Below are positions 26,888 to 39,499 of a DNA stretch of 64,000 nucleotides, in pieces; position 1 is the first letter of the stretch; every line of letters starts with the position of its first letter. Under the pieces are notes generated by a model. The model saw nothing but the letters and a program-made list of their open reading frames with translations. It ran no database searches and had not been told where the DNA came from. Where the stretch lies: assembly GCF_009914755.1 (NCBI RefSeq), contig NC_060931.1. One strand, written 5' to 3'. The stretch comes from the human T2T-CHM13v2.0 reference genome, Homo sapiens. The position numbers and the translations under genes were made by a program.

Positions 26888-27298
26888 CAGACAGATAGAT
26901 AGATGGGAGTTTATTAAGGAGTATTAACTCACATGCTCACAAAGTCCCACAATAAGCCATCTGCAAGCTGAGGAGCAAGGAAGCCAGTCCAAGTCCCAAA
27001 GCTGAAGAACTTGGAGTCCGATGTTCGAGGGCAGGAAGCAAGCATACAGCACCGGAGAAAGATGTAAGCTAGGAGGCTAAACCAGTCTAGTCTTTTCACT
27101 TTCTTCTGCCTGCTTTTTATTCTGGAGGTGCTGGCAGCTGATTAGGTTTTGCCTACCCATATTAAAGGTGGGTCTGCCTTTCCCAGCCCACTGACTCAAA
27201 TGTTAATCTCCTTTGGCAACACCCTCACAGACACACCCAGAATCAATACTTTGCATCCTTCAATCCGATCAAGTTCACACTCAGTATTAACCATCTCA
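26781..27298 (-). mobile_element. MLT2A1/MLT2A2 LTR (3' LTR of HERV-L provirus)
   Basis: tgtattagtcagggttctctagagggacagaactaatagg ... ctgactcaaatgttaatctcctttggcaacaccctcacagacacaccc ... agtattaaccatctca. Confidence 0.93.
26821..26904. repeat. Compound tetranucleotide STR (AGAT)2 ACAT (AGAT)13 (AGAC)2 (AGAT)3 within MLT2A
   Basis: Counted directly. Confidence 0.95.
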
Positions 27299-27862
27299 AG
27301 TCCACCCCTTGTCAACTTGAACTCATACACATCTCCTGAGATCGTACATAATCTTCAAATAAAGACAATAACATGGTCATATTTATGCCTAACATAATAC
27401 AACTATCCTTCATACAACTGGAAATGCACCAATCCCCAATCAAAATGCTATTACATAAAGTGAACAATACTTAAATGCTGATATGAAGTCAATAATTCTT
27501 ATGTCACATGATAAAGGAAAAAGGAAATAAAATGAAGATATTTTCTTAGTACAACTGTACACATGCACAAACATGTTTTTAACAAACAAAGAGGAAATAT
27601 TCATGACAATTACAGTCCTCATTTCGGCAGCTGGTCACGTGGTTGTAGCTGGTATTGATAACTACCTTCTACTACCTATTCTGTATTCCCTTTGCCTTCA
27701 GCAAGCACCTCAGCAGGTCATGGTTTTTTTCTTGGTGGAGTGACCCAAACCTTCATTCCTTCATTCCTGAAGGGTCTGGACTATTTGTAGTCCTGCCTGG
27801 ATTGGGCTGTTGTAGTTTCCCATTGACCTTAACTACAGGGCATGGTAATACTAAGAGACACC

Positions 27863-28220
27863 TCAAGGGATCTCCTGTATCCACACATACTCTTCCTTAT
27901 CTCCATGGTATAGTAGTAAACTGATTTTATCTTGATAGTTTGCATCAATCACCCCAGCCCACGCTGTAACTCCCTTATTAGCCTGTTTTCTTAAAGGTAA
28001 GAGGAGCCCAAAGTGTCCAGGTAGGGATCTTAACTTCCAGTTTAATGGAATCACTGTTGTGTCTCCTGGTGGCAGCATTCCTCCCTCTGGAACTAAGACC
28101 TCTAGGCCAGCAGAGCATAAAGTCATGGGAACAGGAAGCAAAAATTTTGCTAGTGGTTTGCTAGGGGTGATGGTGAGTGGTGCCACTTCCACTTCCATCC
28201 CTTGATTACTGGACCTGTGA
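27863..28220 (-). pseudogene. ERV-L dUTPase region (decayed, frameshifted C-terminus)
   Basis: ORF 27863-28231 contains SAGLEV, PGHFGLL and AGVIDANYQDKI, matching trimeric dUTPase motifs 1-3. Confidence 0.82.
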
Positions 28221-29750
28221 TTAATTAGCAAATGCCAGACCTCTACATGGGTCAGACTATTCTGATTGCTGCTTTGCCTCTTCTGCCCATTACAGTAGCT
28301 ATGCCAACCTTGCCTTTGACTATTTAGTGCTGCCTTTGGCCCCTGCTGCCCTGGGACCCAAGTATTCCCATTGCATTTAAATTTTGTAGTTGAGTGACTG
28401 TGGTTCCCACTATTAGATCTCAGATACAGGGAAGAGCAATTACAGGGCTCTTCAAAGATGCAGGTGCTGCCCTCACAAACCTATTTCACAAAGCATTGGT
28501 CATGGGTATATCTTCTGGACCCTCCCATCTGGGATGAGTAGGTCTAAAATGACTAATTCACTCCAGCATCCCAATCTCCCTAAGCCTTTGGATCCCTTCC
28601 ACTACATTAAACCAAAGGAGATAAGGCATTTTCCAGCTGGCTCAAGTGGGCCATCTTTTAATCCATATTTCAGCTAACCAAGCAAATAAACTATTAGAAC
28701 GTTTTTTGACTCCCCAGGCTCCAAGATTAAATGCAGAATCTCTGCTTAGTGGGCCCAAATCAATAAATTCAGCCTGATCCAGCTCTATGTTCTTTCCACC
28801 ATTATCCCAAACTCTTAATATCACTTCGCACGCCTGTTCTCCAGATTTCTGCTTATATAAATTAGAAAACTCAAGCAGTTCTCTTTTCAAGTGCAGTGCA
28901 CCTCCTCATGGGTCACACACTGAACTTCACCTCAAGGGGCCCACCAGGACTTTAGTCTAGTTATAGGCATAGAAATAAACAGGGGTGTTGGTGTTGTGGG
29001 TGGCTCCTAAGGAGAAACAACATTATCTTGCCTGGCAACTGCCTCAGGGGAGGCCATCACTGTTGCCTCAGGCAGTGCAGGGTTTATCTCCTCAGACAAA
29101 CATGGAAAGGCTGATGGCAGTGTGTGCTGGGAGGGGATGTTGCCAATCCTGAGGATCGGGAAGCTGTTTCTTCTGGGAAAGAAATTTCATCAGAGTTTAC
29201 AAGCTCAGTATCCCCAGCTTTATCAGGGTTCTCCCACACATCCCCATTCTAAGTTTCAGGGTCCCATTCTTTGCCAATTAATGCCCTCACTTTAACAGTG
29301 GACACCTGGTGAGGTTGTGCATGCACCTTTCATTGATGGTCAGCCACTTGCATGATAAGCGCTTGTGTCTGATTTTCCACAATTTCAGCTCTTTCTCTAC
29401 AGGAGATAACACTCACTCAGGGAAAGCTTAGCAGATTTGAGGCTCAGTATCTTCTTCGGAATCCAGAAGTTAGAATCCCTGAGTATATCATTTTCTTTCA
29501 TTACTTTTACAGTGAACTTAGGAGCAAGCAACCAACTTCATTATGTTCCTTAGTTCTCCACATATAGTCAAAGGTATTATGTATAGAGACATTAAAGTTC
29601 TTGCCTCTCACAAGTGGTTAATCAGGAGTATCAAAAGCATTTATTTTGCATAACTCTCTAAACAGTTTCCACCAAGGACTATGCGTGTTCTTCATACTAT
29701 CAGCAGTAGAATCCTTAGCATTTGGGGGTCTAATCATATTAAGCAGCCAA
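28221..29750 (-). pseudogene. ERV-L gag remnant (Fv1-related family), frameshifted
   Basis: ELLEFSNLYKQKSGE...ILRVWDNGGKNIELDQAEFIDLGPLSRDSAFN (ORF 28642-28890); C-terminal AALNSQRQG...WHLLINH. Confidence 0.82.
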
Positions 29751-29786
29751 CTACAAAAACCCCCAAACAATGAAAGAACTCCATCC

Positions 29787-29811
29787 TTGACACTCAGTAT
29801 TAACCATCACA
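29787..29811 (-). mobile_element. 25-bp stub of the 5' MLT2A LTR
   Basis: ttgacactcagtattaaccatcaca matches the LTR end at 27274-27298; followed by TSD acctc (29812-29816), identical to 26776-26780. Confidence 0.88.
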
Positions 29812-32748
29812 ACCTCCTACATATTTTGGGAGAAATAATATTTATTTTTTTCGTATTTATTAGGCAACTCACACCCTTCAGCTCTTCAATCACCTTATAT
29901 TGGAATTTTTTAAAAAATAACAGTACTTATTGTACACTATTTCTAAAGGAAAACATAAATTTCTCTTTAAATCCTTCTAAATTACAATAGATCATGTAAC
30001 CACAAAGCACAATTTTAAAGAAACAAATCTTCATATTTGGTGGGTTGGACTTATCATTTGAGACAAAGAAATGATTTGGTATCAAATTATTTCCTTTGGA
30101 AATTCCTTCCCAACTCAGTGGTGCTTGTGGAGCTGTCAATCATGGTCTCATATCCTCCCAGTTACAGAGAGGACCACATGGTGCAAGAAAGGCTAATGGT
30201 TCTTCTCCACAACTTTACAAATTATAGACAGAATCTCTTTCCATCTGTGGATTACAAATTCAAAGGGTTTGTACCTGAGTCAATGACTGTTTCCTGCTGC
30301 ATGTTGAGAATCAACAAACATAAAAGATCAGGGATTAGGAAGAGCTAGAGATATTGACTACTAGTAACAATGAAATACCCTTTCAGTCCCTGATATCTGA
30401 TTTCTCTATTTCTTTCATTTTGCGAAGATGCATCTCAACTAAATAAGCCGACAAATATCCTTTTAGCTTGAGACAGACTGAAGAGAGTTTGTGTAATTTT
30501 CAACTGAAGGAATACTGACTAATAGAGATAGAAAGGACAATGTGTCAGAATAAGAAAAATTATCCATAAAGAAGGGAGTTGTAAAATGTACATATACTAT
30601 ATTACTTATGAGAAATTAACCATAGAAAAATTGTAGAAAAACAAAATAAAAACATTGTTATAATATGCCGTTTATTACCTTCATAATAACCCAATAATTC
30701 AATTGCATAGAATTATATTATCGCAAATTATTTAAGTAGCACAGACTTACAATCACACCTTACGACTAATGTGCCACTGCAACACATAAGTTAGGATAGA
30801 ATATGGCAATATGACCTTATTTGCTTCAGTGATAATAGTGTGGGTGATTCCTATGTAAAATACAATTTATCTGCATTTTAGAGATTACATTTTGAAAAAC
30901 TAAAGAATTTAATACTGTTATAAAATGCAACATGCATTACAATACATATGCAAATATACTCTATTATATAACATAAGGTTACCAAAACAATTCACAACTA
31001 AATAAATTAATAATAATAAAGAAAACAAACCGGAAGGTGTAATAAATAGAAAGAACACAGCAAATAAAATCCACAACTGAACCCAAGACTCTAAAGTGCC
31101 ATTCCTGAAGCAGGCTCACAATAATCAGTACGAATTTTGCATCCTTACGAATTTTGCATCATTGCCAAGAATTATAGTTTCTAGAGCAGCTTCACTTTTC
31201 AGCAGGGTACAAACATGCAATACTCAACAAACTCTTACAACTTGTTACATTTAATTCACAGACAATTTATTACGATTTTTGTAATAACTTACTTGATAAC
31301 TGAAAGATTTGTAATAACTGGTAAATTAACACTAAGAGTTTACAAAACATTCAGTTATACAAACAGAAGGAAGATATTTTATAATCTATTGCCAACCCAT
31401 TGAAATAAAATCAATCCTGATGGAGCTGGGAAAATAATTTGAAACTATTTTATTAAAATATAAAGAGCCTCAGACATCCATCTAGCAGAAACAAGACTAA
31501 GCATCAATTCATCCCAGAGCTAAAATCTTCCAGAGTGGCCTTAACTTTTGGATCCTGCTTTGGACAATACTAACTATTTTTTATTCTAAGAACTAGCTCA
31601 TCAAATCTCCTGGCAATTTGGAATGAGTCCCTCAGAATTACAATAAAACAGACCTGAAATAAACCCATCAGAAATGCTTTCATTTATGAAACCCCGTTTG
31701 AACATTTTCAATTAGAAGCCAGGAGGCTAACTAATTATTTTTCAGATCTATGTCATCTTTGCACACCCCCAAAAGAATATAAATCCATAGGACTTAAACT
31801 GACTCCATCTCCCACTCCCTTCAATAACATTATAGTTCCCGCTAAAGCACCATCCTCATTCTTAACCTGCCATTTTAATTTTAGTGATATATGTAATTTG
31901 CAACAAAATTGCCTATTTCCTCCAGTTTCCTTTCATATTCTTGTCTTCAAACTTTGCTTATCTAAGCCAATCATATTCTATGTTAACTTTTTGAGAAATC
32001 TTTGATCCTCATCTGTTCACTGGCATGGGTACCCTTTTTATACTCTCTTAGAACTGCCTACCATTTTCACACTTAGCAAACTGCATTGTAATTGATTTGG
32101 TTGCATTGTAGACTATAAACAGTGAGGTTAATAACTATATTACCATATTCAAAACAAAATGCCTACTTTTAACATATTTTTGATATGGAGTAGGTGCCAT
32201 AAATTGTGTTAAATGGATACATAAATTCAGGAAGAAAGGAAAAAAGAAAGAATAAAAAGAAGAAAGGAAGAAAAAAGGAAGTGAGATGGAACAAGAAAGA
32301 AAAGATAGGAATGAAACAATAAACTCATATATGCACAAATATGTAGAAGAAGAAACATAATGTGTGTTTAGTAGTAATACACCTTTAGTTCTAACTTCAT
32401 ACTGAAAATAATGTAGAGAAAAAGTGCAAACCTCCACAATCAATCACTGAGAACTCATAAGGGATGTGAATAAGGAAAAGAGCAGGTCAGAAATAGGACT
32501 TAAACCATGATTAGAAAGGCAATGGCCTAAGTAAGGGGTCACATGTGCATTATAATTACTTAATTAATTATATTTGAAGATAAACTTGACTAAAAATAGG
32601 TTGACATGTATTCTTTTTGCTGCACTATTGTGGTGGTAGTTATATGGAGAGTTCTGAGTCAAAATAACACATTTTGGTAATTGTAAATCAGAAACAGCTC
32701 AAACAGAAAAAAATCAAAAGTCTCCTTGTAAAGCTCACTGTGGGGTAC

Positions 32749-33982
32749 TGTTACGAGATCTTTGGGGTGTCAATTTTCTTCCTGGAAACCTCTGTGGCCA
32801 GTGGCGCCTTTGCCGGAATTCTTGTCCTGCATACAGGAAGAATGAGGTATTGAGGTACGCAGATAAGCGAAGGGTGAAGATAGGCGAAGAGATTTATTTA
32901 GTGTTAGAACAGCTCAGAGTAGACTCCTCTCTGCAGGCAGGTGGTCCTGTTGAGTGTTTAGCTCTCGACAGAAAGGAGGCCCTGGAGAGGGTGGCTTCTC
33001 TCTGCTGGCAGGTCATCCCATCATCTCCAGCTCTCAGCAGAGAAAAGGCCCTGGAGAGGATGACTCCTCTCCACAGGCAGGTCATTGGACATCTCTGCAG
33101 GTCTCTAAACTCTCAGCAGAGAGGGTAGCTCCTCTCTGCAATTGATCTCCCTTCATCTCTCCACCCTCTGCTCTGGCTGATCCTGGGCTTTTATGGACCT
33201 CAGAGGGGAGGAAGTGCCTGTCAGTTGGTTCATGGGCAAGCATGGGTGGCCCGGAAGAGGCACTGCAAGTCCCCACTCTGGTCGGAAGGACTGGCCTGGC
33301 CCCCAGCCTTTAGGACCTCCCTGGCCTGAAGGTGGGGCCTGACCAGGACCCATCTCCTTCCACCCAGGGATCTATCTGCCTCCCACTGCCATTCATGGCC
33401 CCAGGGCTCGATCCCAACCCCACTCCCAGACCGGAGCTGATGCAAAGAGAGAAGAGAGGCCAGGCAGCGGGAACGGACGAGTAGACATCATCGAGCCAGC
33501 AGGGAAGGGAGTGGGGGTGGCTTCCCAGCCCAACGATGCAGGCTGCAGAGATACCCAGAGGTCCTAGGCCTGGGAGAGCAGCCACAGCTGTGCCCAGGGA
33601 GCTCCCACCCTGCCACCTCAGAAGGTGTGGGGCTCCCGCTTGTCCCCGGTTCCTTCCTACCTGGCCTGTGAAGCAGGAGGCCCAGGTCTGCAGCTGCGGG
33701 TCTGGTAGCTGCAGCCGCACCCAGGAGGCAAATCCTGCCTGTTCCCAGCCTCCCTGTCAAGAGTACAGGGAGGCTCAGATCCACAGCTGCAGTTAGGGTA
33801 GGGCTCCTGCCTGTAGAGCAGGAGGCCTGGGTCTGCAGCAGCGATTTGGACGGCTGCAGTCGCACCTGGAGAGTTCCTGCCCCAACTCGGAAGTGACGGG
33901 GCTCCCACTGACTCCATGGAGTGTGCAGCCCTAGCGTGCCTCCCTGCTGCAAGTGGGGTGATGGCAGCAGCCACTGCCATCA
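32749..33982 (-). mobile_element. ERV1-class solo LTR, MER52 (C/D)-like, GC-rich
   Basis: TG...CA ends (tgttacgagatctttggggtgtc ... ccactgccatca); perfect 4-bp TSD gtac at 32745-32748 and 33983-33986; internal ctctcagcagagagg-type repeats. Confidence 0.85.
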
Positions 33983-34052
33983 GTACTAAAACAGGTGCTC
34001 CTAAACAAATGCCTCCTTTACATGGGTTGGACAAACAGGTAGTTGAAAAATT

Positions 34053-34161
34053 TGGATCAAATGGGCAATACTTGTTGAGCATATTCAGGTGAAGATACTT
34101 GTTCAGGTGAAGATCATTCTTCACCTTGAATATGCTGAACAAGTATTGCCCATTTGATCCA
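34053..34161. repeat. Long inverted repeat/hairpin (43-44 bp arms, 22-nt spacer)
   Basis: 34053-34095 is the reverse complement of 34118-34161 with one mismatch and one 1-nt indel. Confidence 0.95.
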
Positions 34162-35091
34162 GAATCTACTTCCATGATATAATGTTATTTATCCAACGTA
34201 ATTTCAACATTTTTCAGAATTTTTATATTAATGAGTATTAAAATTTTGTCTCTCATTCTAATTTTACTATGTTTTAACCACCTAAATTTAAAATATCACC
34301 TTTAAAACTGCCTTACTTATGCATTTCATACTATTTTCAAAAAGAGATCATGTTTATTCCAGAGCATCATGGCAGCTCTTTTCAGTGAAAATGCCTCTGG
34401 TTTTAAAACACCAATGCTGCCAAAATCATTGCTGTATTTGGCTGGTGATTTAAAGTTTACTTCTGGTCACCCAACCATTTATACTACTTACTATGGGCCA
34501 CTCAATTTAATCATTTAATAGTTTATGGTTATAAAATATGGTTACTTTTAAGAGATAAATTATTGCTAGAACAAAGTAATTTATCTTTCAGATATAAGAT
34601 ATAAAAAGATTGTAAAATAAAGCACAATAAAAAGCCATTCACCCTATAAATACCTCCTTTTCTCAATATGGTTTCTTTCCCTGTGATAGTATAAACTATC
34701 CTTTTGAGCAACTGCTATGAATCTTGTTTCAACAGCATAACATGCATATTCCTAGAAGAACAAATATGTCAATATGTATATTACATAAAGTATTTAATTC
34801 ATGCAAATTTTACTTTCCCATAATATAGTTGTAATTTTAAAGTACTGGTTTGTTGACAAATGAGAGGCTGCAGATTCTACTAAATTTTCCAAAAATATAA
34901 ACATTTAATCCAAACTATTTTAAAACTACTTTCAACATTTCTATCACACACCCAGCTGGCACATTTCAGGTTATTCTCTGATATTAAAATAGCATCATGT
35001 CTCTTCATTTGTAATTTCCCTTTATCTTAATATATAATTTTTGCCTCAAGGCCCGATTTTCCTTTGTATTATTCTGATTGGCTAAACAAGA

Positions 35092-35222
35092 TTTTTTTAT
35101 TTTTAAAATTTTTATTGATACATAATATTTCTACATGTGATACTTTGTTACATGCATAGAATGTATAATAACCTAGTCACAGTATTTAAGGTATTCATTG
35201 CCTTGACTAGTTATAATTTCTT
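35092..35222 (-). mobile_element. L1MA (MA1-4-like) 3' end fragment
   Basis: tttattgatacataatattt...catgcatagaatgtataata...gtatttaaggtattcatt. Confidence 0.65.
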
Positions 35223-36184
35223 TTTCTTTTTTCATTTTTTTTTTGAGGGCACAAGGGCCACACACTTTTTTTGTGGTTGTTGTTCATTTACATTTTTTTA
35301 ATTTTAATTTTTTTACTTTTATTTAAATTCCAGGATCATGTACAGAATGTGCAGGGTATTTTACATAAGTATACATGTGCCATGGTGGTTTGCTGCACCT
35401 ATCAACCCGTCATCTAGGTTTTAAGGCCCTCATGCATTACATATTTGTCCTAATGGCTCTCCCTCCCCTCATCCCTCACCCCCAACAGGCCCCAGTGTGT
35501 GTTGTTCCCATCCCTGTGTCCATGTGTTCTCATTGTTCAACTCCCATTTATAAGTGAGAATATGCAGTGTTTAGTTTTCTATTCCTGTGTTAGTTTGCTG
35601 AGAATGATGGCTTCCAGCTTCATCCAAGTCCCTGCAAAGGACAAGAATTCATCCTTTTTTATGACGCATAGTATTCCACGGTGTATGTGTGCCACATTTT
35701 CTTTATCCAGTCTATCATTGATGGGCATTTGGGTTGGTTCCAAGTCTTTGCTATTGGAAATAGTGCTGTAATAAACATACGTGTGCATGTCTTTATAGTA
35801 GAATGATTTTAATCGTTTGGGTATATACTCAGTAATGAGATTCCTGGGTCAAATGGTATTTCTGGTTCTAGATCCTTGAGGAATCACCACACTGTCTTCC
35901 ACAATGGTTGAACTAATTTACACTCTCACCAATAGTGTAAAAGCATTCCTATTTCTCCACATCCTCTCCAGCATCTGTTGTTTCCTGACTTTTAAATAAT
36001 CACTATTTTGTCTGGCGTGAGATGGTATAATATTATGGTTTTGATTTGCACATCTCTAATGACCAGTGATGATGAGTTTTTTACATATGTTTGTTGGCTG
36101 CATAAATGTCTTCTTTTGAGACGTGTCTGTTCATAACCTTTGCCCACCTTTTGATGCGGTTGTTTATATTTTTCTTGTAAATTC

Positions 36185-36498
<314 letters not shown>

Positions 36499-37404
36499 AT
36501 GAATTTCTTTAACTTCCTTGTATATTCAGGATATTAGACCTTTGTCAGATGGGTAGATTGCAAAAATTTTCTCCCCTTCTGCAGGTTGCCTGTTCATTCC
36601 AATGCTAATTTCTTTTGCTGTGCAGAAGCTCCTTAGGTTAATTAGATCCCATTTGTTAATTTTGGCTTTTGTTGCAATTGCTTTTGGTGTTTTAGTCATG
36701 AAGTCTTTGCCCATGCCTATACCCTGGATGGTATTGCGTAGGTTTTTATCTAGGGTTTTTATGGTTTTGGGTTTTACATTTGAGTCTTTAATCCATCTTG
36801 AGTTAATTTTTGTATAAAGTATAAGGAAGGGGTCCAGTTTCTGTTTTCTGCATATGGCTAGCCAGTTTTCCCAGCACCACTTATTAAATAGGGAGTCCTT
36901 TCCCCATTGCTTGTTTTTGTCAGGTTTGTCAAAGATCAGATGGTTGTAGATGTATGGTGTTATTTCTGGGGTCCCTGTTCTGTTCCATTGGTCTATATAT
37001 CCATTTTGCTACCAGTACCATGTTGTAGCTTTTTAGTATAGTTTGAAGTCAGGTAGCATGATGCCTCCAGCTTTGTTCTTTTTGCTTAGGATTGTCTTTG
37101 CTAGAAGGGCTCTTTTTTGGTTTCATGTAAAATTTAAAGTAGTTTTCTCTACTTCTGTGAAAAAAGTCCATGGTAGCTTGATGGGAATAGCATTAAATCT
37201 ATAAATTACTTTGGGCAGCATGGCCATTTTCACAATATTAATTCTTCCTATCCATGAGCATGGAATGTTTTTCCATTTGTTTGTGTCCTCTCTTTTTTCC
37301 TTGGGCAGTGGTTTGTAGTTCTCCTGAAGAAGTCCTTCATGTCCCTTGTAAGTTGTATTCCAAAGTATTTTATTCTCTTTGTAGCAATTGTGAATGGGAG
37401 TTCA

Positions 37405-37860
<456 letters not shown>

Positions 37861-39499
37861 ATCATGTCATCTGCAAAGAGAGACAATTTGACTTACTCTC
37901 TTCCTATTTGAATATCCTTTATTTCTTTCTCTTGCCTGATTGCCCTGGACAGAACTGCCAATACTGTGTTGTCTTGTGCTGGTTTTCAAAGGGAATGCTT
38001 CCAGCTTTCGCACATTCATTGGCTATGGGTTTGTCATAAATAGCTCTTATTATTTTTAAATATGTTTCATCAATACTTAGTTTGCTGAGAGTTTTTAACA
38101 TGAAGGATGTTGAATTTTGTCAAAGGCCTTTTCTGCATTTACTGAGATAATCATGAGGTTTTTGTCATTGGTTTTGTTGCTGTGATGGATTACGTTTATT
38201 GATTTGCATATGTTGAACCAGCCTTGCATCCCAGGGATGAAGCCGACTTGACAGTGTGGAAAAGCTTTTTGATGTGCTGCTGGATTCAGTTTGCCATATT
38301 TTACTGAGGATTTTTGCATCAATGTTCATCAGGGATATTGGCCTGAAATTGTCTTTTTTTGTTGTGTCTCTGCCAAGTTTTGGTATCAGTATGATGCTGG
38401 CCTCATAAAATGAGTTAGGGAGGAGTCCTTCTTTTTCTATTGTTTGGAGTAGTTTCAGAAGGAACGGTACCAGCTCCTCTTTGTACCTCTGGTAGAATTA
38501 GGCTGTGAATCCGTCTGGTCCTGGGCTTTTTTTGGTTGCTAGGCTATTAATTACTGCCTCAGTATCAGAACTTGTTATTGGTCTATTTATGGATTTGACT
38601 TTCTCCTGGTTTAGTCTTGGGAGGATGTATGTGTCCAGGAATTTATCCATTTCTTCTAGATTTTCTAGTTTATTTGTGTAGAGGTTAAACATCATTTTTA
38701 GGTATCACTTATAATTGTGTTAGTAGTAATCTTAGGATGTTAGAAATCTAAGCTCCTACCAGTTATTATCAGAGGCAACTGCATGTTATCATAATTTAAT
38801 ACATAGTAATGTCATATTCTCACTATAGTCATATTGTAATCTTTAATAACAACAGGATGTATATGTCTGCTATGGGGGAACAAATAAACTATAAAGGGCA
38901 GAATTTGCTGAAGCACCAGGAATCAGAAATCAAAGAGTATTCTCTTTCCAGAAATATGGCCAATTAGGTATCATGACTGATCCCAGACTATTCATTTTAG
39001 AATAAACAAATAAAAATTTGGTTAAACTCTATCGGTTTAAGCATCAGTGATGTAGGAAGTGAGTAATATGTAACATTCAAAATATGAAAAATCAGGAAAC
39101 TGGAAGTAAAAAGAGCACTGAAACTAATATTCATCTAGAGGTAAAATGTGAACTTTGGCTTCAGGGCCTCTGAGGGCATAAAGAATAGGAGAAAATTACA
39201 AGACCTGTCCAAGTTAGAAAATATATAGAAAGTACCTTCTACAAACTCAATCTCCCCACTGCTGAAAGCTATGATTTGAAATAGTATGCATATGATATAT
39301 GGTAGAAATACAGATAAATTCAACTTAAACCATTGTGAGGAAAATTGCCTGGCAAATACCTTGGTGTTGAGCAGAGGAGAGAATGGGACTCAATATCAAG
39401 ATTTGTAACCACATGATGGCTTAGCAAATTTGTCATTGAAAATAATCTAGATGGTACTAAACAAACATAACTAAAGCAAACTAAAACAAACATTAAAGA

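Larger units (their letters stand above)
27299..29788 (-). mobile_element. HERV-L internal region with pol largely deleted (gag remnant plus dUTPase/3' region)
   Basis: Follows the MLT2A LTR; translated pieces match ERV-L gag and dUTPase; no RT/RNaseH/IN-core sequence seen; only about 2.5 kb. Confidence 0.9.

Noticed and set aside
30050-30526. Possible old MLT1/ERVL LTR remnants (also about 52240-52750 and 53560-53900)
   Set aside because: Only LTR-end-like motifs are visible; too degraded to call family or boundaries by eye
31129-31160. 15-bp direct repeat tacgaattttgcatc (period 17)
   Set aside because: Ordinary slippage duplication, like those at 63199-63219 and 37725-37740
32850-34175. 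Dense overlapping ORFs (up to 172 aa) and a possible CpG-island gene
   Set aside because: They lie in a GC-rich solo LTR bounded by a TSD; stop-codon scarcity explains them
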